A stretch of 42,345 nt of DNA from a virus. Lineage: Duplodnaviria; Heunggongvirae; Uroviricota; Caudoviricetes. Both the position numbers and the translations under genes were made by a program. Shown piece after piece: positions 29,057-38,085 of the stretch (the first letter of the stretch is position 1; every line of letters begins with the position of its first letter). The stretch is taken from IMG/VR virus record IMGVR_UViG_2609460346_000006, positions 1 to 42,345 of that record; one strand, 5' to 3'. The notes beneath the pieces are model-generated. The model searched no databases. It was not told where the DNA came from and saw nothing but the letters and a program-made list of their open reading frames with translations.

Positions 29057-29757
29057 TGGTTGATTCATCACTGAATGATCCTGTCGTGGTTCAGGCTACG
29101 CGCCTTGATGCTTCAATTTTGCCACGCAATATATTCAGCCAGTCTTACCTGCTGTATGTCATAAATCAGGGGGCTGATGTCGGCGCAATTGCCGGGAAGG
29201 CAAATCAGGCTGGTCAGGGCGCTTACGATGCCCAGGTAAAAAACGATGAACAGGACGTCGAACTGGCAGATCACGATTCAAGAATCACCGCAAACACAAA
29301 AGCGATAAATCTACTTGAGGTCAGGTTAACAACTGCCGAAGGGAAGATAGTCGTACTGCGTAGCGATGTTGATTACTTGCTGGATGAGGTTATCGATATT
29401 CAGGCGCATCTGGTCACTGTTGACAAAAGACTGGATGGCGTAGAAAGCGATGTATCTGACATTAAGAGTGATTACGTATCGAAAACCGTAACCGAATTGC
29501 AGTCTCTTGAGTCACCGCTGGATGTAAAAACATCATATTCAGTTGATGGAATTCAGGTTGTTGGAGCAAGAAATACCGGATGGACTGCAGCCACGGGTAC
29601 GCCACTTCTTGGCTCATTCAACGCTAACCAGTCATACGCTGTCGGCAATACGTACACACAATCCGAAGTCGCAGCACTCGCTACAGGTTTGCAGCAGGCG
29701 CGGCAGCGTATTCTGGCGCTTGAAACGGCACTTAGATTACATGGGCTGATTGACTGA
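29056..29757 (+). CDS. Tail needle (P22 gp26-like)
   Basis: 233 aa; N-terminus matches P22 gp26 (…[32 protein letters not shown]…), C-terminus …LRLHGLID. Confidence 0.9.
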   Translation: MVDSSLNDPVVVQATRLDASILPRNIFSQSYLLYVINQGADVGAIAGKANQAGQGAYDAQVKNDEQDVELADHDSRITANTKAINLLEVRLTTAEGKIVVLRSDVDYLLDEVIDIQAHLVTVDKRLDGVESDVSDIKSDYVSKTVTELQSLESPLDVKTSYSVDGIQVVGARNTGWTAATGTPLLGSFNANQSYAVGNTYTQSEVAALATGLQQARQRILALETALRLHGLID

Positions 29758-30212
29758 TGATTACATTCAAACCAACGCGAAACATCGACCTGATAGAAGC
29801 TGTCGGAAATCACCCTGACATTATTGCCGGGAGCAACAACGGTGATGGATACGACTACAAGCCTGAATGCCGTTACTTTGAGGTTAACGTGCACGGTCAG
29901 TTCGGCGGCATTGTTTACTATCAGGAGATTCAGCCGCTGACATTCGATTGCCACGCCATGTACCTGCCAGAGATTCGGGGATTCAGCAAGGAAATCGGGC
30001 TGGCGTTCTGGCGATACATTCTGACTAACACCACCGTTCAGTGCGTCACATCGTTCGCTGCACGCAAATTCCGCCACGGGCAGATGTACTGCGCAATTAT
30101 TGGCCTTAAGCGTGTAGGAACCATCAAGAAATACTTCAAAGGCGTGGATGACGTGACTTTTTACAGCGCCACACGCGAAGAACTAATCGACTTCCTGAAT
30201 CACGGGAGATAG
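29757..30212 (+). CDS. Virion assembly protein (P22 gp14-like position)
   Basis: 151 aa, translationally coupled between needle and ejection-protein genes; assignment by synteny. Confidence 0.55.
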   Translation: MITFKPTRNIDLIEAVGNHPDIIAGSNNGDGYDYKPECRYFEVNVHGQFGGIVYYQEIQPLTFDCHAMYLPEIRGFSKEIGLAFWRYILTNTTVQCVTSFAARKFRHGQMYCAIIGLKRVGTIKKYFKGVDDVTFYSATREELIDFLNHGR

Positions 30213-30214
30213 CC

Positions 30215-30907
30215 ATGTTATATGCATTTAAGCTGGGCAGAAAACTGCGCGGCGAGGAACCGTATTGCCCTGAAAAAGGCGGGAAAGGTGGCAGTTCTGA
30301 TAAAAGTGCAAAGTATGCCGCAGAAGCTCAGAAGTATGCCGCAGACCTGCAAAATCAGCAGTTCAACACCATCATGAACAACCTGAAGCCGTTTACTCCT
30401 CTGGCTGGGAAGTATGTCGGCAGCCTTGAGAACTTATCGTCTCTGGAAGGGCAAGGTCAGGCACTTAACCAGTATTACAACTCTCAGCAGTATAAAGACC
30501 TTGCAGGTCAGGCTCGCTATCAGAGTCTGGCGGCAGCGGAAGCAACAGGTGGATTGGGTTCCACCGCAACCAGTAATCAGTTAGCAACAATCGCACCAAC
30601 GCTTGGTCAGCAATGGCTGTCTGGACAAATGAACAATTACAACAACCTGGCAAATATCGGTCTTGGCGCTCTTCAGGGGCAGGCAAACGCCGGGCAGACA
30701 TATGCCAACAACATGAGCCAGATTTCACAGCAAAGCGCGGCTCTTGCAGCGGCAAACGCCAACCGACCGTCAGCATTGCGGCAGGGTGTTAGTGGTGCTG
30801 CATCCGGTGCGCTTTTGGGTGGTGGCATAGCCAGTGCTCTCGAGCTATCAACTCCGTGGGGTGCTGGTATCGGTGCTGGTCTTGGTCTGCTTGGCTCGTT
30901 GTTTTAA
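30215..30907 (+). CDS. Ejection protein (P22 gp7-like)
   Basis: 230 aa; N-terminus MLYAFKLGRKLRGEEP… matches P22 gp7; Gly-rich C-terminus. Confidence 0.85.
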   Translation: MLYAFKLGRKLRGEEPYCPEKGGKGGSSDKSAKYAAEAQKYAADLQNQQFNTIMNNLKPFTPLAGKYVGSLENLSSLEGQGQALNQYYNSQQYKDLAGQARYQSLAAAEATGGLGSTATSNQLATIAPTLGQQWLSGQMNNYNNLANIGLGALQGQANAGQTYANNMSQISQQSAALAAANANRPSALRQGVSGAASGALLGGGIASALELSTPWGAGIGAGLGLLGSLF

Positions 30908-30917
30908 GGGGTAATCA

Positions 30918-32267
30918 ATGGCTACGTGGCAACAGGGTATTAATTCTGGTGGTTTTCTGGCTGGAATTGGTGCGCAAAATGAGAATGCGCCAAAGGCAAG
31001 CGACATTAACGCAACGCTTGGTCTGATCCGCGAAAACAATGAACTGGCTCGATCAGGTGCAAATAACGTTGGTCTGACCGCGTTACGTGGTCTGGCTGGA
31101 GTTGCTGATATTTATAAGCAGGAACAGCAACAGAAAGCGATTAATGCGTTCAATAAGGTTCATGCTGATGCATGGGCTTCTGGTGATCCATCGGGACTAT
31201 TTAAGTTTGCCCAGGAAAATCCAGCGTTTGTTGCACAGGCACAACAGGCGTTTTCCGGTCTTAATGAGCAGCAACGCAACGATATGGGCGATTTAGCCAT
31301 GAGGGCTAACGTCGCTCTTTCCCAGGGACCGGAAGCCTACAGTAAATTCATTACTGACAACAAGGACAGGTTAAATCGCGTTGGTGCTAATGCTGACTGG
31401 ATGATTCAGACAGGTATCCAGAATCCAGAGCAGCTATCACACATGCTGACTACTATGTCTCTCGGTGCACTTGGGCCAGAAAAGGCGTTTGCTGTTCAGG
31501 ATAAGATGGTTGGTCGCCAGCAGGAGCAGCAAAGAATTAACGAAACCATTCGCAATAATGACATGACGAATGCGAGGGCTATTAGGGGGCAGGATCTTTC
31601 CTATAAGGCTCAAATGGCAAGACTGAATCACGACAAGTATGTGTTTAAGCAGTCACAGGCGGCCCTTGAAAGAGCAGGACAACTTCAGGATATGGATGTT
31701 TTGTCTCTTAACTCACAGATAGCAGCGACGGGAATTGATCCGCTAACCGGTAAAGCTGCAACGTCAGCCAGAATGTCTCAGGCTAAGAGATGGCTTGATG
31801 GCAACAATAATTACAACAATGCGTTGATTACTGGTGAGCGAGGGATAGAGAAAATAGATTCTTTGCTTGGTAAGAAGGAGCTTGAAGGTATCGGTCGCTT
31901 CGAAGGAAGAAATATAGATGGCTTCACAAGTGCTGAAGGGCTTGCAAACCGTAATGCGATAGAAGAATTAAAGTCGGGTGCGTTTGTCCAGAACGTGCAG
32001 ACTATGCGAGGTATGGGTAGCCTCTCCAATGCTGAAGGACAAAAACTGGAAAACCTTATCGCGAAACTCGATATAACACAGCCTGAAGAGGTCGTCAGAA
32101 AACAGTTATCTGAAATCCGATCGCAATATTCTGTATTTCAAAAGGTTGCAGCAAGGGAGGCTGAATCAATGGGATATAGTTCATCAGGTTATGACACATA
32201 TGTTAGTGAGCGAAAATCAGGAAGCGACAGCAATAAGTCCGGTTTCTCGTCTTTATGGGGTGATTAA
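30918..32267 (+). CDS. Ejection protein (P22 gp20-like)
   Basis: 449 aa, synteny and composition consistent with gp20. Confidence 0.7.
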   Translation: MATWQQGINSGGFLAGIGAQNENAPKASDINATLGLIRENNELARSGANNVGLTALRGLAGVADIYKQEQQQKAINAFNKVHADAWASGDPSGLFKFAQENPAFVAQAQQAFSGLNEQQRNDMGDLAMRANVALSQGPEAYSKFITDNKDRLNRVGANADWMIQTGIQNPEQLSHMLTTMSLGALGPEKAFAVQDKMVGRQQEQQRINETIRNNDMTNARAIRGQDLSYKAQMARLNHDKYVFKQSQAALERAGQLQDMDVLSLNSQIAATGIDPLTGKAATSARMSQAKRWLDGNNNYNNALITGERGIEKIDSLLGKKELEGIGRFEGRNIDGFTSAEGLANRNAIEELKSGAFVQNVQTMRGMGSLSNAEGQKLENLIAKLDITQPEEVVRKQLSEIRSQYSVFQKVAAREAESMGYSSSGYDTYVSERKSGSDSNKSGFSSLWGD

Positions 32268-34435
32268 TGGCTAAAGCATGGAAAGATGTTATCGCTTCTC
32301 CACAGTATCAGGCGTTAACTGAAGAACAGAAAGCACAGGCTCAAGCGCAATATTTTGATGAGGTTGTTGCCCCTAAGGCTGGTGACAAATGGGCTGAAGC
32401 AAGAGATCAGTTTTATGCAGCATACCCTCCACCTCAGCAGCAGAAAGAAGAACCATCATTGATGCAACAAGCTGGTGATTGGCTCACAGGTGGTCAAAGT
32501 GCAGGGCAAATTGCAGAACAGGCTGGTCGTGGTCTGGTAAACATACCATTTGACGTATTGCAGGGTGGCGCAAGTCTGATTAATGCAATCAGCCAGGGGC
32601 TTGGTGGCCCAAAGGTTTTGGATGATGTCTATCGTCCAGTCGATCGACCGACAGACCCTTATGCGCAAGCCGGTGAAACAATTGGTGGGTATCTCCTGCC
32701 AATTGGCACAGCGGCAAAAGCTGCTGGAGCGCCAGCAAAGCTCGCTGGAGATATCGGTTCCGCAGGAAACATGATTGCAGGTTCTCTTGCTGATGCTGCA
32801 AATCAGGAGGGCGACTTTGCACAAAATGCTGCCATTAACGGTGGTATCAATATTGGTGCTCAGGGGATACTTTCTGGGGCTGGAAGGATCTTAACCTCTA
32901 AATCACCTCAAGTTCTTGGTGGCGGGGCAATAAATTCCGCTGCTGATGTTTCGAAAATGGCAAAGTCTGGTACAGGAAGAGAGATTATTGCCAGACAGTC
33001 AGCTAATGTGTCAGACGAAATAGCAAAAGCAGCAGATACTGCTGGAATAGATATCAACGCATTAACTCCTGGCATGAGATCAGGTAGTCGTGGTCTTGCT
33101 CAGGCGGAGGGGATTCTGGCGTCAAAGCCCGGAATTACACAGGATGCACACACCAAAGCATTCAGTGAAATAGAGTCGAAATTTAACTCAGCATTGGATG
33201 AGTTTGGGGCTGAAGCAGGAACTGCATCAGAAAAAAGTGCAGCCATAAAACAAAGGGTTTTGGCAAGTATTGATAAAATGAAAAATTCAGAAAAGGCTGC
33301 ATGGGATAGCGTCCGCTCCACGATGCCTGACGCAAAGGCCAGAATGTCAAACCTGAATGCTACAATTCAGGGTGATATTTTGGCTGGCATGCCGCTAACT
33401 CCTGAGATGAAACAATTCGCATCTGCTTATGCTAAAACTGGTAAAAAAGGAATCACGTTTGATGCCATGAAGGCATGGCGAAGTAAACTTGCTGACGCAG
33501 AGCAGAAGTATATAAGGTCTGGTGAGGCAAATACGGCAAGGCGCATGGCGGAGCTTCGTGATGCAGCAACGGAAGATATGCGCATAATGGCTCAAAATGG
33601 CGGTTTTCTTGATGACTGGCAAAAAGCTAATGATCTGTCAAAGGCAAGATTTACAGCACAAGAACAGGCTGAAGCAGCGTTTGGTAGAGACCTTGCAACT
33701 GATCAGTTGGTAACTAATGGATCTAAGGCGTTACAGGGTTCAGCAAAAAGTGGAACAGGTCAGTTCCATAAAATAATAAGCGCCCTACCTGAGTCGGAAC
33801 GCGCGCCAGCAATTGCATCAATATTACAAGATGCAATGTCGCAAGGGGTACGCGGAGGTAAGTCTGAAGAGGCTGGAATTAAGCATATCGCGACTATTCT
33901 TACCCCACAAAACGTGAAGGCAATTAGTCGATATTCTCCAGAACTTGGCAGGATTACAAGTTCATACGGAGAACTTGCACGAGCAGCAACAAAGCCACTT
34001 CGATATATTGAACAGACAGGGCGATCTATGCCAGCCATTAGCACTCTTGAGAATGGCCTTCATCCAGTTTTAGAGAGCGCATTGTCTGGCGCTTTTAGAA
34101 CTACTGGCACTATCGCAGGGTTCTCTGGAGGAGGCGTTATTGGAGCAATAGCGGGTGGCGCTGCAGGTGGGGCAATTGATGCAATGGCAAAAGGAGCGAT
34201 AGCGAAATTATCCGCAACTAGAAGCGGTCGTTACGCTATTGAAAAGGCTGTTCAAGAGGCAACAAAGGCAGTTAAGGTTGGGGCAAGTGATGGTGCATTA
34301 GCGGCGGCGGAACGCAGATTTATGGCAAATAAGGCCGCCGTAAAAGCAATACGCGAGGCACTAGGAAACGAAGAGTTCCAGCGTTTAGCAAGAGCTGGAA
34401 TTGTGGCATCGCTAAGCGGAATGGCACAGGAGTAA
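32267..34435 (+). CDS. Ejection protein (P22 gp16-like), extended
   Basis: 722 aa, last gene of the ejection cassette, Ala/Gly-rich; assignment by synteny. Confidence 0.65.
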   Translation: MAKAWKDVIASPQYQALTEEQKAQAQAQYFDEVVAPKAGDKWAEARDQFYAAYPPPQQQKEEPSLMQQAGDWLTGGQSAGQIAEQAGRGLVNIPFDVLQGGASLINAISQGLGGPKVLDDVYRPVDRPTDPYAQAGETIGGYLLPIGTAAKAAGAPAKLAGDIGSAGNMIAGSLADAANQEGDFAQNAAINGGINIGAQGILSGAGRILTSKSPQVLGGGAINSAADVSKMAKSGTGREIIARQSANVSDEIAKAADTAGIDINALTPGMRSGSRGLAQAEGILASKPGITQDAHTKAFSEIESKFNSALDEFGAEAGTASEKSAAIKQRVLASIDKMKNSEKAAWDSVRSTMPDAKARMSNLNATIQGDILAGMPLTPEMKQFASAYAKTGKKGITFDAMKAWRSKLADAEQKYIRSGEANTARRMAELRDAATEDMRIMAQNGGFLDDWQKANDLSKARFTAQEQAEAAFGRDLATDQLVTNGSKALQGSAKSGTGQFHKIISALPESERAPAIASILQDAMSQGVRGGKSEEAGIKHIATILTPQNVKAISRYSPELGRITSSYGELARAATKPLRYIEQTGRSMPAISTLENGLHPVLESALSGAFRTTGTIAGFSGGGVIGAIAGGAAGGAIDAMAKGAIAKLSATRSGRYAIEKAVQEATKAVKVGASDGALAAAERRFMANKAAVKAIREALGNEEFQRLARAGIVASLSGMAQE

Positions 34436-34765
34436 TTAGTCATCCATGGATGGATTGAGCTTATCTCGTGTTGATGTGGCAATTTTCCCAACATTTTTCA
34501 ACCAAGATTTTAAGAAGGATATGTCGTCCTTAATATCATGAATATCCTCATTCTTTATACGATCAACCTTATCCTCTAAGCTCTCTATAGAACGCTCAAT
34601 GCTAGACAGAGAGATTTTTAAGTCCCCTTGCTCACGTTCCAGTGAGGATTTGAGAGCACAATATTCGTTTTCTAGAATTCCTATTTTTTTTGTTAGAGAG
34701 TGCATTCGATACTCATACACCAAACCAGAAACGACTAATGCAGCCAACAGAAACCATTCAAGCAC
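34436..34765 (-). CDS. Small membrane-anchored coiled-coil protein, unknown function
   Basis: 109 aa, GTG start preceded by AGGAGG (5-nt spacer); N-terminal TM (LEWFLLAALVVSGLVY) then coiled coil; opposite strand to the virion genes, AT-rich. Confidence 0.6.
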   Translation of the reverse strand: MLEWFLLAALVVSGLVYEYRMHSLTKKIGILENEYCALKSSLEREQGDLKISLSSIERSIESLEDKVDRIKNEDIHDIKDDISFLKSWLKNVGKIATSTRDKLNPSMDD

Positions 34766-35133
34766 ACCAACCTCCTTAGTTTTGCTCAGGATACCAGATG
34801 ATACTTTATTGGTGGAGTGGTGTGTGAAAACGTGTCAACGACAAACCATCCACAACTTGGACGAATGATTTAGCAAAAAGTGCTATTTTTGGTGTTTGGT
34901 GTCATAGAAAAGTGAATAGCTCACTTTTCAACATTGCATGAAACTTGCAGGAAATGTGACATTACCTTATAGGTAACTTCGGCGAAAATGCAGTAAATGT
35001 GAAACGTAATGGTTTAAACATGTCGCTAAAGTGGTTGTAAGTTAGCCTCCGAAGGATTGCTGATAGCTTTGTTATAGTATTAAATGACATTTGACATAGT
35101 TGGATACTTAGCTGTGGCTATCAAGATGGAGGT

Positions 35134-35583
35134 GTGTTCATGCTTACTTGTTTTGATGTCGCCGACTACTTCCTGTCGCGGTGTGACGAGGATAGCGGTG
35201 ACGCAATCTCTAATTTAAAATTACAAAAGCTTGTTTACTATGCTCAGGGTTTTTCATTGGCGTTGCTTGGCGAGCCTCTTTTTCAGAATAAGATGGAAGC
35301 TTGGATGCATGGCCCTGTTGTCCCTGAGCTTTATCACCGTTATAAACAATATGGTAATGGTGCTATCCCTTCTCCAGAGTCTTTTGATGCTGAAAAATTC
35401 AGCGAAGAACAGTTAGAGCTATTAGAAGAAGTCTGGGATGTTTTTGGGCAATTTTCTGCCTGGAAACTGAGGAACATGACACACGAAGAGTCACCATGGA
35501 GATCAAACTATATTGAGGGTGTTGGTGGTTCTGAAATTAGTTCTAAGGAGATGGCAGAGTACTTTGCAACTCGGATTAACTAA
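35134..35583 (+). CDS. Panacea-domain (DUF4065) protein, GepA/SocA-like; candidate antitoxin
   Basis: 149 aa; motif …LKLQKLVYYAQGFSLALLGEPLF…AWMHGPVVPELY… matches the DUF4065 core as recalled; GGAGG RBS. Confidence 0.75.
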   Translation: MFMLTCFDVADYFLSRCDEDSGDAISNLKLQKLVYYAQGFSLALLGEPLFQNKMEAWMHGPVVPELYHRYKQYGNGAIPSPESFDAEKFSEEQLELLEEVWDVFGQFSAWKLRNMTHEESPWRSNYIEGVGGSEISSKEMAEYFATRIN

Positions 35584-35587
35584 CGAG

Positions 35588-36007
35588 ATGGCAAGAAAAT
35601 CTAAAAGGATTATCCCCCCTGCTGAATCTACAGGTAAGTTAAAGTTAGGGCCGCAGTCAGGGGGGAATTCAGATCAAAAGAAACCGAAATTTTCATTCTG
35701 TTACATCCAAAGCTCTCACTGCATAACGAAATGCCAAAAAGATGAGAAAGCTGGCTTAGCTGATAAATTATACAGATTAAGTCAACTAACATGGGCAGAT
35801 ATTAAGCAGCAAGGTAGGCATAAGCTTGGATTTGAGAAGATTGCAAGGGGTGCAATTAAAGCAGGTATCCCCAGTCATATAACGGAAGACGTAGATCATT
35901 TCTTGGCTTTTAGATTTGATGATTTGAAAGCCATGGTTGGTTATCGTCTTGGATCGACATTTTTTGTTATATGGCTTGATAGAGAGTTCAACCTATACAA
36001 GCACTAA
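35588..36007 (+). CDS. Unknown 139-aa protein immediately downstream of the Panacea gene; candidate toxin/effector partner
   Basis: Internal ATG 35588, 4 nt after the Panacea stop; basic N-terminus, Cys-containing, C-terminal …FFVIWLDREFNLYKH; no family recognised. Confidence 0.5.
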   Translation: MARKSKRIIPPAESTGKLKLGPQSGGNSDQKKPKFSFCYIQSSHCITKCQKDEKAGLADKLYRLSQLTWADIKQQGRHKLGFEKIARGAIKAGIPSHITEDVDHFLAFRFDDLKAMVGYRLGSTFFVIWLDREFNLYKH

Positions 36008-36008
36008 T

Positions 36009-36034
36009 AAAACCCCCCGTCAGGTGGGTTTTTT
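36009..36034. terminator. Bidirectional terminator between the Panacea operon and mnt
   Basis: Hairpin flanked by an A-run upstream and a T-run downstream (AAAACCCCCCGTCAGGTGGGTTTTTTG). Confidence 0.6.
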
Positions 36035-36271
36035 GTACAAATCCTTCAGCGTATCAAACACCATCTTCCTAACAAGTTCGGACTGCTCATCAGCGATGCG
36101 TTCTGCATCGTCTCGATAGCCTGCAATTGGTGATGGTTTTGATAGCGCATCCTGAACGATTTGTAATAACTCTGAGTTCATTGACCTTCCGTTAGCCTCT
36201 GCTCTTAATTTCAATTTTTCTCTTACTTCCAAAGGCATACGGAAGTTAAAGTGCGGATCGTCTCTAGCCAT
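36020..36271 (-). CDS. mnt: Mnt repressor (ribbon-helix-helix)
   Basis: 83 aa, near-identical to P22 Mnt as recalled (MARDDPHFNFRMP…EVREKLK…RAEANGRSMNSELLQIVQDALSKPSP…). Confidence 0.9.
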   Translation of the reverse strand: MARDDPHFNFRMPLEVREKLKLRAEANGRSMNSELLQIVQDALSKPSPIAGYRDDAERIADEQSELVRKMVFDTLKDLYKKPT

Positions 36272-36294
36272 GCCATCACTCCAAGTTAGTATCT

Positions 36295-36552
36295 CTAACT
36301 TTCGTCTTTATTGTTGCTATACATGCATTTCAACTTCTCAACATCATGTTCAAGATCTATCAATCGTGATGCTATAGTTGCAAGGTCTAGTGCTTGAATG
36401 TGTTTATTTTTTTCGGTCCATGCTTCAAGTGCCGCGACCATCTCAGCATTTAATGAACGAGAATTAGCCTCAGCCAGTTCAATAAGACGTTCCTTTATCT
36501 CTACAGGAAGCCTCAGATTCACTTGAGGGTTTTTGTACTTACGATCAGACAT
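36295..36552 (-). CDS. Second Mnt/Arc-like RHH DNA-binding protein
   Basis: 85 aa from ATG 36552 (track ORF begins at GTG 36558); RHH signature …NLRLPVEIKERLIELAEANSRSLNAEMVAAL…. Confidence 0.7.
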   Translation of the reverse strand: MSDRKYKNPQVNLRLPVEIKERLIELAEANSRSLNAEMVAALEAWTEKNKHIQALDLATIASRLIDLEHDVEKLKCMYSNNKDES

Positions 36553-36558
36553 CGGCAC

Positions 36559-36657
36559 ATCCTGAATAATTTTTTACCACAGGATATGTAGGTATCTATT
36601 GACTATCAATGCGTACCTAAATACTATGTATGCGTACCACATACAACGGAGGATGCA
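36559..36657. promoter_or_regulatory. immI control region: divergent promoters with palindromic operator-like sites
   Basis: Inverted repeats AGGTA…TACCT and ATTGA…TCAAT and a duplicated TGCGTACC motif between divergent RHH genes. Confidence 0.45.
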
Positions 36658-36798
36658 ATGAAGGTAAAAACACTGCGTATGCCAGAGAAGTTAGAAAAAA
36701 TCCTTGAAGAGAAAGCAAAGGAAGAGTGTCGCTCATTTAGTGCAGAAGTAATTAAACGGGTGATGGACAGCCTGAAGAGAGAGGGGATAACGGTATGA
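36658..36798 (+). CDS. Arc-like RHH repressor (46 aa)
   Basis: Manual translation MKVKTLRMPEKLEKILEEKAKEECRSFSAEVIKRVMDSLKREGITV; GGAGG RBS; parallels P22 Arc …NGRSVNSEIYQRVMESFKKEG…. Confidence 0.6.
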   Translation: MKVKTLRMPEKLEKILEEKAKEECRSFSAEVIKRVMDSLKREGITV

Positions 36799-36998
36799 GT
36801 AAAGAATGTTGTTTCTGCGGCATTAGCGAATCAGACGCTGATCAAACATACATTTACTCTAAAGAAACAGGTCGGATGCTGTGTAGTGACTGCGTGTTGG
36901 ACATCATAAGATACAAGCATCTTGGATGTTCTGCCAGCATTAGCAATATAGGTGAAGTATATGAAGGGAAAGATATAACTGATAGAGCAGAAAGTTGA
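36795..36998 (+). CDS. Small zinc-ribbon protein between arc-like and ant
   Basis: 67 aa, ATG overlapping the arc-like stop; CxxC…CxxC (…CCFCG…CSDCV…). Confidence 0.5.
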   Translation: MSKECCFCGISESDADQTYIYSKETGRMLCSDCVLDIIRYKHLGCSASISNIGEVYEGKDITDRAES

Positions 36999-37061
36999 AG
37001 CCCCAACTGCGGTAACAGTCAGGGCTTCGGTATCGTAAAACCACGCATAGGAATTAACGAC

Positions 37062-37985
37062 ATGAAAAGTATAGCAACAGCAGTATCTACTATCAATGTA
37101 CCATTCCACGGCGCAGAGCTTTATGTTGTCAATCACAACGGTGAGCCGTACACCCCAATGAAACCTATCGTTGAGGGAATGGGTATGGATTGGGCTTCAC
37201 AGTTTACAAAGTTAAAACAAAGATTTGCTAAAGGTATTGTGGAAATCGCAATACCTTCAGTTGGCGGTGTGCAGAACATGATTTGCCTTGCTTTACGTAA
37301 ACTTAATGGCTGGTTGCAAACCATCAGTCCTAACAAAGTCCGCCCTGAAATCCGCGACAATGTAATCCAGTATCAAGAAGAGTGTGACGATGTGCTATAC
37401 GAGTACTGGACTAAAGGCCATGTAGTTAACCCACGCAAAGCTAAAAAGGCGTTGCCGGGTAAAATCACCACTGAGCAGCAGGAAGCCATTAAACAACTCG
37501 TCATGAGTCGCGGTCAGTCTCTGCCAAAAGAAAAACAGGCTAAGGCGATGATCACCATGTGGTCGTCACTGAAATCCCATTTTGGATGTTCGTACAAAGA
37601 AATCAGTGAGGAGCAGTTTACCGAAGCACTATCGCTTGCAGCTCGAGTTCCACTTGAAGGTGAGTTCATTGGCAAACAAGAGAAGAAAACCAACGAGCTT
37701 TCTGCAAAAGAAGCAAACAGCCTTGTATGGCTATGGGATTATGCCAACCGCTCACAGGCATTATTCCGCGAATTGTATCCGGCGCTAAAACAAATTCAAT
37801 CGAACTATTCAGGCAGATGCTACGACTACGGTCATGAGTTCTCGTATGTTATCGGAATGGCGAGAGATGTTTTAATTAATCACACACGAGATGTTGATAT
37901 CAATGAGCCAGACGGACCAACGAATCTTTCTGCATGGATAAGACTTAAGAACAAAGAATTACCTCCTTCAGTACATAACTACTGA
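37062..37985 (+). CDS. ant: Antirepressor Ant (P22_AR_N-type N-terminal domain)
   Basis: 307 aa downstream of arc-like in an immI arrangement; followed by a strong terminator. Confidence 0.7.
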   Translation: MKSIATAVSTINVPFHGAELYVVNHNGEPYTPMKPIVEGMGMDWASQFTKLKQRFAKGIVEIAIPSVGGVQNMICLALRKLNGWLQTISPNKVRPEIRDNVIQYQEECDDVLYEYWTKGHVVNPRKAKKALPGKITTEQQEAIKQLVMSRGQSLPKEKQAKAMITMWSSLKSHFGCSYKEISEEQFTEALSLAARVPLEGEFIGKQEKKTNELSAKEANSLVWLWDYANRSQALFRELYPALKQIQSNYSGRCYDYGHEFSYVIGMARDVLINHTRDVDINEPDGPTNLSAWIRLKNKELPPSVHNY

Positions 37986-38002
37986 CAGATAAACAACGCA
38001 AC

Positions 38003-38028
38003 GACCCAGCTTCGGCTGGGTTTTTTTA
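38003..38028 (+). terminator. Rho-independent terminator after ant
   Basis: CCCAGC-TTCG-GCTGGG followed by TTTTTTT. Confidence 0.8.
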
Positions 38029-38085
38029 TGCCCAAAATTCACCGTAGCCCCGCTGCGGAGATTCCTTGTATCTGGAGCAAATTAA

